A DNA stretch of 63,751 nucleotides. Origin: a candidate division WWE3 bacterium (GTDB taxonomy: Bacteria; Patescibacteriota; WWE3; UBA101185; UBA10185). The notes beneath the pieces were generated by a model. It had not been told where the DNA came from. It was given only the letters and a program-made list of their open reading frames with translations, and did not search any database. Position 1 is the first letter of the stretch; every line of letters starts with the position of its first letter. The translations under genes were made by a program, and so were the position numbers. Positions 19,027-28,729 of this stretch are shown here, piece after piece. The stretch is from assembly GCA_012798115.1 (NCBI GenBank), contig JAAZNV010000012.1:1-63751 (forward strand), given 5' to 3'.

Positions 19027-20246
19027 TACTGCTTTGCAAGATCTAAAGCTTTATCAAGCTGAGTATCTTTCCTTGCCATTGAATCTTCATTTGTGATTTC
19101 CACTTTTATATCCGGCTCAAGACCTTTTTTATGAATCCACACTTTGTTTGGGGTAAGCCATTTTGCAATAGTTATGTGAATACCAGAACCGTCTTCAAAA
19201 TCCTTTGCATCTTGAATAGTCCCTTTACCAAAAGATTTCATACCAATAAGCTTGGCTCCAACATTATCTCTTAAAGCTGCTGCTAGTATCTCAGAAGCAG
19301 AAGCACTTCCTTCGTCAATAAGAACAAATACTGCTGGAACATCTCCAAACATACCCACTCTAGTAGCTTCCAAAGGAATCTGCTCTCCTGTAGCTTCCTC
19401 CTCATATACAACTACTTTTCCCCTAAAAAATTCTTCGGCAATATAAACTGCTGATTGAAGATATCCACCAGGATTTCCTCTTACATCTATTACTAAAGCA
19501 TCCAATTCCTTTGCTTTCACATTTATTTCAGAAGCAACTCTATCCCACTCTTCGTTTGTTTCCGATCCAAATCTACTTATTCTTATATAGATAGTTCCAT
19601 CACCTTTATCTTCCCAGCTCACACTAGCTACGGTTATCAATCCCCTGGTAATAATTAAATCTCTTGGCTCCTCATCATTTGTTTGAATGGTAAGACCAAT
19701 CTTGGTTCCAGCAGAACCTCTAATCTTAGCTACTGCTTCACTTACAGACATCCCAAATGTAGACTCACCTTCAATTTTAACTATCTTATCCCCAGGTTTT
19801 ATTCCAGCACTTTTTGCAGGAGAGCCATCAAACGGAGAAACAATAATAAGTTGATTATCCTTTAAACCAAGTTCAGCACCAATCCCTTCATACTTTCCGC
19901 CTAGAGCATCACCAAAACTTTTATTAACATCTGGGGTTAGAAACGATGTATAAGGATCACCTAAAGAATCAACCATACCAGATATAGCTCCATAGAGCAT
20001 TTTCTGAGGATCAACAGGTCTTTCTAAATAAGAACTATTTAAGAGATCCCAGACATTCCAAAACAAAGAAAAGTCAATTTCCTTATCAGCAGGATATTGA
20101 TTAATTACTTCTACCTTAGGAGGGTTCTTTCTTACTTCAAATATAAAACCTCTTTTTCCCATGTAGTATCCACCATAAAAGAACCCTACAGCTACTAAAA
20201 AGGTTACAAGCAAACGCTGAAATTTTTGAAACTTTAATGTTTTCAT
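19023..20246 (-). CDS. S41 family C-terminal processing protease
   Basis: GDPYT, PDZ domain, DVRGNPGG, SASASE, SFGKG. Confidence 0.95.
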   Translation of the reverse strand: MKTLKFQKFQRLLVTFLVAVGFFYGGYYMGKRGFIFEVRKNPPKVEVINQYPADKEIDFSLFWNVWDLLNSSYLERPVDPQKMLYGAISGMVDSLGDPYTSFLTPDVNKSFGDALGGKYEGIGAELGLKDNQLIIVSPFDGSPAKSAGIKPGDKIVKIEGESTFGMSVSEAVAKIRGSAGTKIGLTIQTNDEEPRDLIITRGLITVASVSWEDKGDGTIYIRISRFGSETNEEWDRVASEINVKAKELDALVIDVRGNPGGYLQSAVYIAEEFFRGKVVVYEEEATGEQIPLEATRVGMFGDVPAVFVLIDEGSASASEILAAALRDNVGAKLIGMKSFGKGTIQDAKDFEDGSGIHITIAKWLTPNKVWIHKKGLEPDIKVEITNEDSMARKDTQLDKALDLAKQY

Positions 20247-21232
20247 TCGATTATTAAGAAATTTGGTAGTTTAATTTCTACTGAATTTTTATCTATACCG
20301 AACCTAACAAATATACTAGATTCACAAACTCTGTCAACAACCCCAATCCATCCAAAATACGGATTCTGAAGCACCTGCACTGTCATATTAGGCTTAACAT
20401 GCTTAATTGGTTCTATACTTTCACTAGCATTTATACCCTTATTAACATTGTCAAAAGGGATAGGAATTCTTAACAAATTTTTATCTCCTTCAAAAAACAC
20501 GTATCTGTATGAAACAGCGCTTAACATCTTGTAAACAACATCAGGGGTCTTTATCTTTCCAAATCCCGAGATAATTCCAAGGGAAAAGTTATGGCTCTTG
20601 GCAAAGTCAAAAACTTCCTTATGTGCACTACCTACTATTACAGCACTTGCTTCCATTTCGTATGCTCTTTCAATTACATCTAAACTGACATTATGACCAA
20701 CATAAATAATCTTTCCTTTAATTCCTTTTGCAAAATTCTCAAGATAAGACCTTTTAAGAACATCCGTAGGGTTAGGAAAAACTACCAACTCTCCAGATGC
20801 TTGTACTTTTGTGCTTATGGAAAGAAGGATATCTTTTGTTTGAGTCTCTAAAAGGATTGATTTCTTACCGTAAACAGACTTTACTATGCCCCAAACTCCA
20901 GATAAAACAATATATTTTTTGTCTATTTCCTTAAATACGTAAACCCTTTCACACAAAGATAAATTACCATCGTAAGGAGCAAAAACCTCATTGGAACCAA
21001 CTTTTCCAAGCAGTGATCCTGAATAATAGTATCTTTTTTCTGTTCTCAATCCGTAGGGCTTAAAACCCTTTGGTAGAATTAGCTCCCTTTGTGAAAAGAA
21101 ACAATCTCCTAAATGATCAAAAGGTTCAACTTTATCGTCGACTGAAACTACAATATTACCTTCAACAGGAAGAACTCTTTCTATGAAGCATCTACTATTT
21201 TGTTTTATCCTTTTTACAACTGGCACCAGCAT
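20243..21232 (-). CDS. Hypothetical protein resembling the partner of GlmL-like proteins (C-terminal KOW-like segment)
   Basis: IERVLPVEGNIVV start and V.VLQNPYFGWIGVV C-terminus; tightly coupled to the adjacent gene. Confidence 0.5.
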   Translation of the reverse strand: MLVPVVKRIKQNSRCFIERVLPVEGNIVVSVDDKVEPFDHLGDCFFSQRELILPKGFKPYGLRTEKRYYYSGSLLGKVGSNEVFAPYDGNLSLCERVYVFKEIDKKYIVLSGVWGIVKSVYGKKSILLETQTKDILLSISTKVQASGELVVFPNPTDVLKRSYLENFAKGIKGKIIYVGHNVSLDVIERAYEMEASAVIVGSAHKEVFDFAKSHNFSLGIISGFGKIKTPDVVYKMLSAVSYRYVFFEGDKNLLRIPIPFDNVNKGINASESIEPIKHVKPNMTVQVLQNPYFGWIGVVDRVCESSIFVRFGIDKNSVEIKLPNFLIIE

Positions 21233-21234
21233 AG

Positions 21235-22263
21235 TTACTTCTCTTGTTTAAAAGAATTTCCAAACTGCTTAATACAATCATTAAAGGTTTTCACATTAGA
21301 ATATATACTTTCGCCACTTGTTCTGGTATCAAATATTATTCCTACTTCCCCACCTAATGTAGAAATGTCTGTAGATCCTAAAGCAGAACTTTTTATAGAT
21401 AATCTTGCTGGTAAGTCAAGTTTCAACGGTATTACGAACATTCTATCCTTATCAATTTCAATAAACTGATCCTCCCCAACTTTCGTACTTAACAAGCATT
21501 CAATAGAACCTTTAAATTTCACAAGCAATCCAGTACTTTCTATGTAATCTCCCGCATATATATCTACATCCTTGTCATACATCTTCAGCAATTGGACGAG
21601 TGGGAATACATTCTTAGTATCCATGTATATCTCATAAATACCAGGATTTTTAATTAAGTCCAAAGCTAGGACATAATTTAATTCCTTGCTACATATATTT
21701 TGTGTAAATCTCCCACCAGTAAAGACAATCTTTCTATTATCTCCAATCTTAAAGTCTAAAGGTAATTTTTTAGAAATATCTTTATCAAGATCACTTTGGG
21801 CAGACAAATCATCAGACACTATCTGAGGATAAACACAAAGGTTTGAATGGTAATCAAGCTCCCCAAAATCCCTGTTATTACTACCCTTATCTTCTGCATT
21901 ACAAAATGAGAAGGAACTAATAAAGTTGTTTGTAACTATGGAAGAGCTGTTTACAACAATAGGAATATATTCTGTAGAGTTTTGGATCAAATCTGTTATT
22001 CCAACTTTAAATTTTGAGTCATCTATAAAATCAGGAGCTTCTAAAAAACCAGATACTATTAGGTCACAAGAACTTAATTTAATTTTTCTCTCGCTCAAAA
22101 ACCTTTCAATTAAGAATTTATAGAATTCTTTATCACTACATTGATTAGACAAGATGCTTTCTGAGTAAACATAAGGAAAAGTGAAAAATTCAATATCCTT
22201 CTTATCTTCTTTTAACAATAAGCTAACAACTGAAGCATCAAAATAGGCAGCTAACAAAGGCAT
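21235..22263 (-). CDS. Degenerate glutamate mutase L (GlmL/MutL)-like protein
   Basis: LLAAYFDASV start, IVFTGG and C-terminal GGEVGIIFDTR resemble GlmL-family motifs. Confidence 0.5.
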   Translation of the reverse strand: MPLLAAYFDASVVSLLLKEDKKDIEFFTFPYVYSESILSNQCSDKEFYKFLIERFLSERKIKLSSCDLIVSGFLEAPDFIDDSKFKVGITDLIQNSTEYIPIVVNSSSIVTNNFISSFSFCNAEDKGSNNRDFGELDYHSNLCVYPQIVSDDLSAQSDLDKDISKKLPLDFKIGDNRKIVFTGGRFTQNICSKELNYVLALDLIKNPGIYEIYMDTKNVFPLVQLLKMYDKDVDIYAGDYIESTGLLVKFKGSIECLLSTKVGEDQFIEIDKDRMFVIPLKLDLPARLSIKSSALGSTDISTLGGEVGIIFDTRTSGESIYSNVKTFNDCIKQFGNSFKQEK

Positions 22264-22282
22264 GAGTATATGATAACAACGT

Positions 22283-22540
22283 CTACAAAGCGTGTCTATC
22301 GGTATAAGGTAAAAGACCCATGTATCTGGCCTTTTTAATCTCTATTGCTAAAAGTCTTTGATTTTTAGCGGTTAAGCCACTGTATTTTTGAGGGATTATT
22401 TTTCCTCTTTCGTTTATAAACCTCTTTAAAACAAGCACATCCTTATAATCAGGTTTTGTTCCTGTTTGTTTGAAATAACAATTTCTTGGTACAGGCGTTC
22501 TTTTTTCTCTTTTTGGTCTTTTATCTTTTTTTAATGCCAT
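22283..22540 (-). CDS. rpsR: 30S ribosomal protein S18
   Basis: DYKD...RFINERGKI...[17 protein letters not shown]. Confidence 0.97.
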   Translation of the reverse strand: MALKKDKRPKREKRTPVPRNCYFKQTGTKPDYKDVLVLKRFINERGKIIPQKYSGLTAKNQRLLAIEIKKARYMGLLPYTDRHAL

Positions 22541-22594
22541 ATTTGTTTAAAAAACTTATGCCCTGCTTACACAGGGCATAATCGTTAATCAAAG

Positions 22595-23092
22595 TTACTT
22601 TTCCTTCTTTTCCTTTTCTTCTTCTTCGCTATCTAAGCCTCCTAAATCTAGATCTCCAAGATCATCTAAATTAACCTCTTCCTCTGGACCAACCTCTTCT
22701 GCCTCTGGAGCCTCAACATCAATTAAGTCCTCATCTACGGAACTTTCTTCTCCAGCTTTTTTAGGGGTTAATATAATCATGTCATCAATAATTATTTCAG
22801 TCTTATATCTTTTCTTTCCATCCTCCCCAACCCAATCTCTAGTTTGTAATCTTCCTTCAACAAATACTTTTGTTCCCTTCTTAAGAAGCTGTCCGCAAAT
22901 TTCTGCTAGTTTATTCCATGCAACAACATTATGGAAGTCAACAGATTGTTTCTTTTCTCCTTGTGTAACCCACTCCCTGTTCGTGGCTATTACAAAACTT
23001 GCTACTGCATTTCCTTGAGGAGTATATCTTACCTCAGGATCCTTTGTAAGGTTACCTATAAGCATTACTTTGTTTAGATTTCTTGATGCCAT
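22595..23092 (-). CDS. ssb: Single-stranded DNA-binding protein
   Basis: LNKVMLIGNLTKDPEVRYT, VEGRLQTR; rpsF-ssb-rpsR order. Confidence 0.97.
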   Translation of the reverse strand: MASRNLNKVMLIGNLTKDPEVRYTPQGNAVASFVIATNREWVTQGEKKQSVDFHNVVAWNKLAEICGQLLKKGTKVFVEGRLQTRDWVGEDGKKRYKTEIIIDDMIILTPKKAGEESSVDEDLIDVEAPEAEEVGPEEEVNLDDLGDLDLGGLDSEEEEKEKKEK

Positions 23093-23115
23093 AGTGTTTT
23101 CCTTGCCTCCTTAGC

Positions 23116-23397
23116 TCACTTCTGAGCTGTAATTAGATACCTTACTAAACCTGATAGCAGATTTAGTTTTACCCTTAATTTTGCAACTATGCTAGATTCA
23201 CACTCAATAGAAATCACATCATAAAACCCTTCTGTGCTGTGGTTTATTTCATATGCAAACTTTCTTCTCCCCCAAAAATTTGTTTCAACAACTTTTGCAC
23301 CAAGAGAAGTAATTATTTCCTGCATCTTCTTGGAGAGGTTAGCTGCACCTTCTTCACCAAGATCATTTTTATAAATTGCCATTATCTCGTATTTCAT
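23116..23397 (-). CDS. rpsF: 30S ribosomal protein S6
   Basis: MKYEIM, WGRRKFAYEI, VRYLI. Confidence 0.95.
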   Translation of the reverse strand: MKYEIMAIYKNDLGEEGAANLSKKMQEIITSLGAKVVETNFWGRRKFAYEINHSTEGFYDVISIECESSIVAKLRVKLNLLSGLVRYLITAQK

Positions 23398-23542
23398 AAC
23401 TTTTTCTTGTACTAACAATAAGATTATATATTACAAATATTTTATGTCCACATTTAAATATCTAGTACAAATAGAAAGTTAACACTAGAAAGCTAAATGC
23501 TTTGAAGATACTACATAAAATTTAATAAAAAGGCAATACTTC

Positions 23543-24655
23543 TTATACACTAAAGTTAAACTCTATAATATCCCCATCTTTCACTATGTAACTCTTACCT
23601 TCAAGCCGGACCAACCCTGCATCTTTAGCTTTTCTTAAGCTTTCAAAGGGCTTTAAAGTTTCAAAGTTTATAACTTCAGCAGATATAAAACCTCGTTCAA
23701 AATCAGTGTGAATTTCTCCTGCTGCTTGAGGAGCCCTAGAACCCTTTTTAATTGTCCATGAGTGGACTTCTTTAGGCCCCATAGTTAAGTAACATTCTAA
23801 CCCTAATAGTTCATAACACCTTTTAATTAACTTATCTAATCCAGTTTCCTTCACCCCAAGTGATGAAAGGTAATCTTCCCTTTCTTTTTCATTAAAATCA
23901 GATAAATCTGCTTCAGTTTTTGCACATATTACAATGGCCCCACTACCTCTAATAACTATTTTCTGAGCAAGTTTTTGTTTCAATTCTTCTTCACAGACAT
24001 TAAGTATATAAATCATTGGTTTCAAGGTTATTAAATTTAACTCTTTTACTAGCTCTTTTTCTTCATCATCTAAATTTATATCCAAAGCAAGTATACCTTT
24101 TTCTAAGTTTTCTTTAATTTTCTTAGCAACTTCTAGTTTTTTTGTTATTTCCTTTGATTTTTCTACTCTTACATCCTTTTCTATCCTTACCATTAATTTA
24201 TCCATCAACTGAAGATCAGATAAAATGAGTTCCATATTAACTACATCAACATCACTTAAAGGATTTGTAGACCCTGATCTTATTACATTGTTATCTGGAA
24301 AATCTCTAACTACATGAGCAACAGCACTAACATTTCTGATATGCCCAAGGAATTCATTCCCCAACCCTTCTCCTTGAGACGCTCCTTTTACAAGCCCAGC
24401 TATGTCAAAGAATTTAATTATTGAAGGAACTATTTTCTCAGGAATTTGTTTATCTGTTCTTGGATAATCGTTTCTTACATATTGACAAAGAAGATCTAAT
24501 CTTTCATCAGGAACATCTACAACACCAACATTAGGTTCTATCGTTGCAAATGGATAATTTGCAACAAGAGCTGCTTGTCTTTTAAGCAATGCATTAAACA
24601 ATGTAGACTTTCCAACATTTGGAAGACCAACTATTCCTACGGATAATGAAGACAT
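23543..24655 (-). CDS. ychF: Redox-regulated ATPase YchF
   Basis: GLPNVGKST, NYPFATIEPN, DIAGLVKGASQGEGLGN, TGS domain. Confidence 0.97.
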   Translation of the reverse strand: MSSLSVGIVGLPNVGKSTLFNALLKRQAALVANYPFATIEPNVGVVDVPDERLDLLCQYVRNDYPRTDKQIPEKIVPSIIKFFDIAGLVKGASQGEGLGNEFLGHIRNVSAVAHVVRDFPDNNVIRSGSTNPLSDVDVVNMELILSDLQLMDKLMVRIEKDVRVEKSKEITKKLEVAKKIKENLEKGILALDINLDDEEKELVKELNLITLKPMIYILNVCEEELKQKLAQKIVIRGSGAIVICAKTEADLSDFNEKEREDYLSSLGVKETGLDKLIKRCYELLGLECYLTMGPKEVHSWTIKKGSRAPQAAGEIHTDFERGFISAEVINFETLKPFESLRKAKDAGLVRLEGKSYIVKDGDIIEFNFSV

Positions 24656-24710
24656 AAAAAGATTATACAGCTTTATGCTTTCTTGCCATATTTTCTTTAT
24701 TTACCAATGT

Positions 24711-25274
24711 TTACAAAAGGTTAACTAATTCTTCAATTTCTTCCTTCAACCCTTTGTTGTGAGGTGTTTCAAGAACATAATTATAGTTACCTTGTAGCTC
24801 ACTTCTTGATCTTATACTCTTCCTTCCAACAACATTCATTCCAAGAGTTTCACAATATTGAGCAACATTGTTTGTACAAGCATCTGTATACTCTGGTTCT
24901 TCCGCTCCAACACAAATCACTATTGCTTTCTTTTTACCAAATTCATCTTGCTTATTTGCTGTATAAAGAACACTACATCTGTCTATGAAATCTTTAAATA
25001 TTCCTGGAGGCATACTAAAGTAATTCGGACATACAAATACAAACCCATCTGCTTGCTCCATCTTTCTAACTAGTTCATTCATATCATCTTTTTGCAAACA
25101 TTTAAGATTTTTATTACAAAACTCCACACAGCCTCCACAATGTTTAATATTCTTTGTTCTTAAAAGAACTACTTCATTATCCACCCCTTTCTTTTTAAGA
25201 AGATCTTGAATAAACAAGACTAAGGTCTCGGAATTTCCTTTTCTTGGGCTTCCACAAATACTTAATACTTTCAT
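24711..25274 (-). CDS. Flavodoxin-family / iron-sulfur flavoprotein
   Basis: GSPRKGNS, CGGCVEFC...C cluster motif, PNYF, DR. Confidence 0.88.
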   Translation of the reverse strand: MKVLSICGSPRKGNSETLVLFIQDLLKKKGVDNEVVLLRTKNIKHCGGCVEFCNKNLKCLQKDDMNELVRKMEQADGFVFVCPNYFSMPPGIFKDFIDRCSVLYTANKQDEFGKKKAIVICVGAEEPEYTDACTNNVAQYCETLGMNVVGRKSIRSRSELQGNYNYVLETPHNKGLKEEIEELVNLL

Positions 25275-25325
25275 AGCATTATATTATCATCAAGCGTAAT
25301 CTGTTAAAAGAAAAAACTAAAGAAT

Positions 25326-26510
25326 TCAACGAAGTTTTTCCATTAAAATTGAGTAAAACCTAAGATTATGGATAGTAGCAAGTCTATAAGCAGAAGGCTC
25401 CTTTATTTTAAATAAGTGGTGTAGGTAGGCTCGAGTATAATTTTTACACAAAAGGCAATCACAAGCTTTACTTATAACATCTTTATCATTAGTATATTTG
25501 CTCTTTTCAGGAGAAAAATAGCCATAAAAACCATCTTTTTTCACATTTATATCTTTAATTGAATCTGCACTAAACACATAAAGTCTTCCATGTCTTGCAT
25601 CTCTAGTTGGAAGTACACAATCAAAAATATTAAACCCTAAATCTACACATTTAACTATGTCATCAGGCTTCCCTACTCCCAACCCATACAGAAAATAGTT
25701 ACTTGGAGAATTTTCTGCAATTACTTTTGCAATATTAAGATTAAACTTCCCATTTCTCATTATTGGCCAACCCCCATAACCTAATCCATCAAATCCTATT
25801 TCAACTAATTTCTTCGTGCATTCTTTTCTTAGATCCAAAAAATTACCTCCTTGAACAATTCCTAAAAGATAAGGTCTTTTTTCTTCAGTTAATTTTTTTT
25901 CTTTACATATTTTAAGAAATTCTTCTTTAGACTTCCTTGCCCAAAGAATAGTTCTTTCAACTGTTTCTTTTGCTTTTTCATAATTTGCATCTAAATCTGT
26001 AAAATCATCTAACACTACACACATATCTGGATTAATAAGCATTTGTATTTGAATTGATTTTTCTGGAGTTAGTTTTATTTTCTTTTCTCCAAACAAATTA
26101 TCTTTAGAATAAAAAGTTACTCCATTATTATTTACATAGTCATTTTTATTTTTAGATTTTTTTAATAAGTTTAGTAAATTATTCTTAAAAATACTTTTAT
26201 CATTTTCTTCCAAATCTAATTTAGATTTAGCTAAAGACATAACTTGGAATCCACCAGAATCAGATATTAAACCTCCATTCCATGACATAAATTGTCTTGC
26301 TCCACCATACATTTCTAACACATCTTGTCCTAAGTCTTTGTATAAATGATATGTGTTTACAAGCACTCCAGGGGTCTTTGTATTTTCTATGTCTTTGGAA
26401 TCAAGAGTTTTTAAAACTGCTCTTGTTGCATCAGGAAAGAATATTGGGAGAGGTATTTCTCCTTTGATTGTTTTAAATATTTTAATTTTCCTTTTCATAC
26501 CCTTTTTCAT
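25326..26510 (-). CDS. tgt: tRNA-guanine transglycosylase
   Basis: NTYHL, DSGGFQ, GIVQGG, DCVLPTRDARHG, CDCLLC...H zinc site. Confidence 0.95.
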   Translation of the reverse strand: MKKGMKRKIKIFKTIKGEIPLPIFFPDATRAVLKTLDSKDIENTKTPGVLVNTYHLYKDLGQDVLEMYGGARQFMSWNGGLISDSGGFQVMSLAKSKLDLEENDKSIFKNNLLNLLKKSKNKNDYVNNNGVTFYSKDNLFGEKKIKLTPEKSIQIQMLINPDMCVVLDDFTDLDANYEKAKETVERTILWARKSKEEFLKICKEKKLTEEKRPYLLGIVQGGNFLDLRKECTKKLVEIGFDGLGYGGWPIMRNGKFNLNIAKVIAENSPSNYFLYGLGVGKPDDIVKCVDLGFNIFDCVLPTRDARHGRLYVFSADSIKDINVKKDGFYGYFSPEKSKYTNDKDVISKACDCLLCKNYTRAYLHHLFKIKEPSAYRLATIHNLRFYSILMEKLR

Positions 26511-27574
26511 TTTAAAGTGTAATAAGTAGACCTTCCTCCACCTTTTCTTTTTAGTACCCCTAACTTAGCAAGTCTTTTAAAATCTAATGCTCTTGTTGCT
26601 TTAGCTCTATTAGTGATTTTCTTATAAGTAGAATCAGTGATGTAACCATTGCTTTCTATATACGTTATTATTTTTTTATCATGCAACTTCATAGACGTTT
26701 CAGGATTAAAGCTAGCCTTAGATAACTCATTAAATAATCTTGTGAGTTCATCTATTATTCCATCGGTAAAGTATTCTAGCCAATCTGTGAAATCTATAGA
26801 ATTCTTAATTTCGTAATAATCACCAAAGACACCTACATTCTTAAAGTACTCAGATACATTTTTGTTGTAGTAATTCTCAAAGCTAAACAAATTAAAGGTG
26901 TTTAAACCCATCCGTGATAATAAAAACTTAGTGAGAAGTCTTGCTGTCCTTCCATTTCCATCAATAAAAGGGTGTATTACTACAAAGTGCTTATGAAATA
27001 TTCCAGAAAGGATAATTGGATCAATTATCAACATATTTTTATTAATAAAACCAATAAGTTCTCCCATAAGTTTATTTACATCTTTGTAATTAGGGGGTAA
27101 ATAAACTATTTTTCCATTTCTAGGATTATTTACAACAACAGGTTTGTTTCTATATTTACCTTCGTCTGCTTTTAAAATTAAACCAGATGTAACTTTTTTA
27201 TGAATTTTCAAAATTAAGGAGTTATTCAGAAGTATCTTACTCATCTCTAAACTTTTCGTGTATGAAGTATCAGATGCACTTTTATCAGTAATTATTTTTA
27301 AATATTCCAAAGCTTCGTTATAGTTTAATACTTCCCTTTCAGTATCTCTAATATGTTGAGGTTTATTCTTAAGTATTTTTTTAACTTCAGTTAAAGAGAG
27401 GGGATTTCCTTCTATACTTGTAGAAGAATATGTAGATTGTTCTAGAGCCATTTTCTCAAATTTCAGAAGTATTGTCTTAGGATATCTTTTAAGGTTTAAT
27501 TTGGTGGTCAAGGATGTTATTTCTTTTATGTTGTTAAGTATTTTAGATGTTATTGTATATCTAGGATTAAACAT
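26507..27574 (-). CDS. Fic family protein with C-terminal wHTH
   Basis: HPFIDGNGRTAR catalytic motif, STSIEGN inhibitory motif, C-terminal TRALDFKRL...GGGRSTYY. Confidence 0.93.
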   Translation of the reverse strand: MFNPRYTITSKILNNIKEITSLTTKLNLKRYPKTILLKFEKMALEQSTYSSTSIEGNPLSLTEVKKILKNKPQHIRDTEREVLNYNEALEYLKIITDKSASDTSYTKSLEMSKILLNNSLILKIHKKVTSGLILKADEGKYRNKPVVVNNPRNGKIVYLPPNYKDVNKLMGELIGFINKNMLIIDPIILSGIFHKHFVVIHPFIDGNGRTARLLTKFLLSRMGLNTFNLFSFENYYNKNVSEYFKNVGVFGDYYEIKNSIDFTDWLEYFTDGIIDELTRLFNELSKASFNPETSMKLHDKKIITYIESNGYITDSTYKKITNRAKATRALDFKRLAKLGVLKRKGGGRSTYYTLK

Positions 27575-27580
27575 GGATAT

Positions 27581-27616
27581 TAGACTAATAATAGACGAAT
27601 AATAGACAAATGTCAA
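27581..27616 (-). promoter_or_regulatory. fic promoter overlapped by three 11-bp-period direct repeats
   Basis: TTGACA-17-TATTAT; TAGAC at 27581, 27592 and 27603. Confidence 0.65.
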
Positions 27617-27637
27617 TTTGTTTAAACTGAAAGAACC

Positions 27638-27708
27638 AAAAATGCGCTCCCGTGCATTAAGTCGAGCAGTCCTACCCTACTACTCTCCTTTCACAGAAGC
27701 GCATTTTT
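27638..27708 (-). terminator. Long-loop hairpin / terminator ending the small-gene operon
   Basis: Minus strand AATGCGCTTCTGTG...CACGGGAGCGCATT with G-U pairs, followed by TTTT. Confidence 0.6.
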
Positions 27709-27732
27709 ATCCCCAAGTTTTTAAAACTTACA

Positions 27733-27781
27733 GGAGGTGGGTTGGCATCTTTTTAAGATATTCCAATACACCTCCCAAGAG
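27733..27781 (-). repeat. Hairpin repeat copy A
   Basis: Shares GCATCTTTTTAAGATATTCCAA and ACCTCCCAAGAG exactly with 28684-28729. Confidence 0.85.
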
Positions 27782-27789
27782 GCTTTATT

Positions 27790-28191
27790 TTATTCCTCCT
27801 TTATAACTTCCGCATTAAAGATATCCAAAAACTTTTTCTTGGATCTTACTAGGTTTGTCCATACACACCTATTTCCATCCTGGTGGGAAGGAAGGTATAT
27901 ATCTATCCTCCGCTTCCTTAACTCCTCCTCAGCCACAGCAAAGGTAAGCTTATTACTGTAAAGGTAACTATGGAAAATTACCTCAAAGACAGAAAGAGTA
28001 CATCCTTCTACTCCGCTAAGAATGCTCTCAACACCTATATAGGTACTAAAAAGGATATTGTTTAATACCTCTTCTGGCATTTCTTTGTTGGCTACCTTTA
28101 TTTTTTCCAGGAGCTTTCTTTCATGAACCCCCAGGCTATCTTGGGAGATCTTCTCCCAGATACCTGTATTTCTTTTGTTCTTTTCTTCCAT
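27790..28191 (-). CDS. Hypothetical protein (133 aa)
   Basis: ORF with SD GAGGA upstream. Confidence 0.65.
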   Translation of the reverse strand: MEEKNKRNTGIWEKISQDSLGVHERKLLEKIKVANKEMPEEVLNNILFSTYIGVESILSGVEGCTLSVFEVIFHSYLYSNKLTFAVAEEELRKRRIDIYLPSHQDGNRCVWTNLVRSKKKFLDIFNAEVIKEE

Positions 28192-28323
28192 CTTTTCCTC
28201 TTTCCTTTTTATTTATTTTTTGATCTTTCATAACCTCTAGATCAATTTTTTTAACCAAGAAGTTATTAGAGAGATAGGGAATGGGGAGAAAACAAATGAG
28301 GTCGAAGTCTCCCCTCTGCAGAA

Positions 28324-28617
28324 CTAGTGTTTAGAAATCAACACTTTGTTCGCCCTTCCATCGTCGTACCACACCTCTCCAAAGGCATGGAGAACAGCAT
28401 GGAAAACGATGAGGTAAGCCCACACAGCCATAGGACCAGTGAGCACAACTGCCTTCCGATCATTAGCAGGAATTTCCTGCACAATTTTCTGCGCATTCCT
28501 ACCAATAATGTTGGCCGCCTCTTCCGGAGGCGTAATCAAGGTCAAACGACCCCCGACCTCTTGAACATTACACCCAACATATAGTTGGATGTTGTCTAAA
28601 CCCATGTTAATTTTCAT
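28324..28617 (-). CDS. Csx3/Crn3 (ring nuclease)-like small protein
   Basis: RKAVVLTGPMAVWAYLIVFHAVLH...WYDD...VLISKH parallels the Csx3 pattern RKxVVxxGxxxxWxxxxxxHxxxH...YD...VxxxH; start ATG 28617 with SD AAGGAG. Confidence 0.55.
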   Translation of the reverse strand: MKINMGLDNIQLYVGCNVQEVGGRLTLITPPEEAANIIGRNAQKIVQEIPANDRKAVVLTGPMAVWAYLIVFHAVLHAFGEVWYDDGRANKVLISKH

Positions 28618-28683
28618 TTTTTTCTCCTTTCCACTTTTTGGGTTTTCAGAACTTTCCAATGTTTGAAAAGCTCAAAAAACTCG

Positions 28684-28729
28684 GGAGGTACTAGCATCTT
28701 TTTAAGATATTCCAACTACCTCCCAAGAG
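28684..28729 (-). repeat. Hairpin repeat copy B
   Basis: Second copy with compensatory stem changes; followed by a T-run on the minus strand. Confidence 0.85.

Noticed and set aside
27733..28729. CRISPR array or integron attC sites
   Set aside because: Only two copies ~950 bp apart, no regular spacers, no RYYYAAC/GTTRRRY boxes, and no cas1 or integrase in the window.
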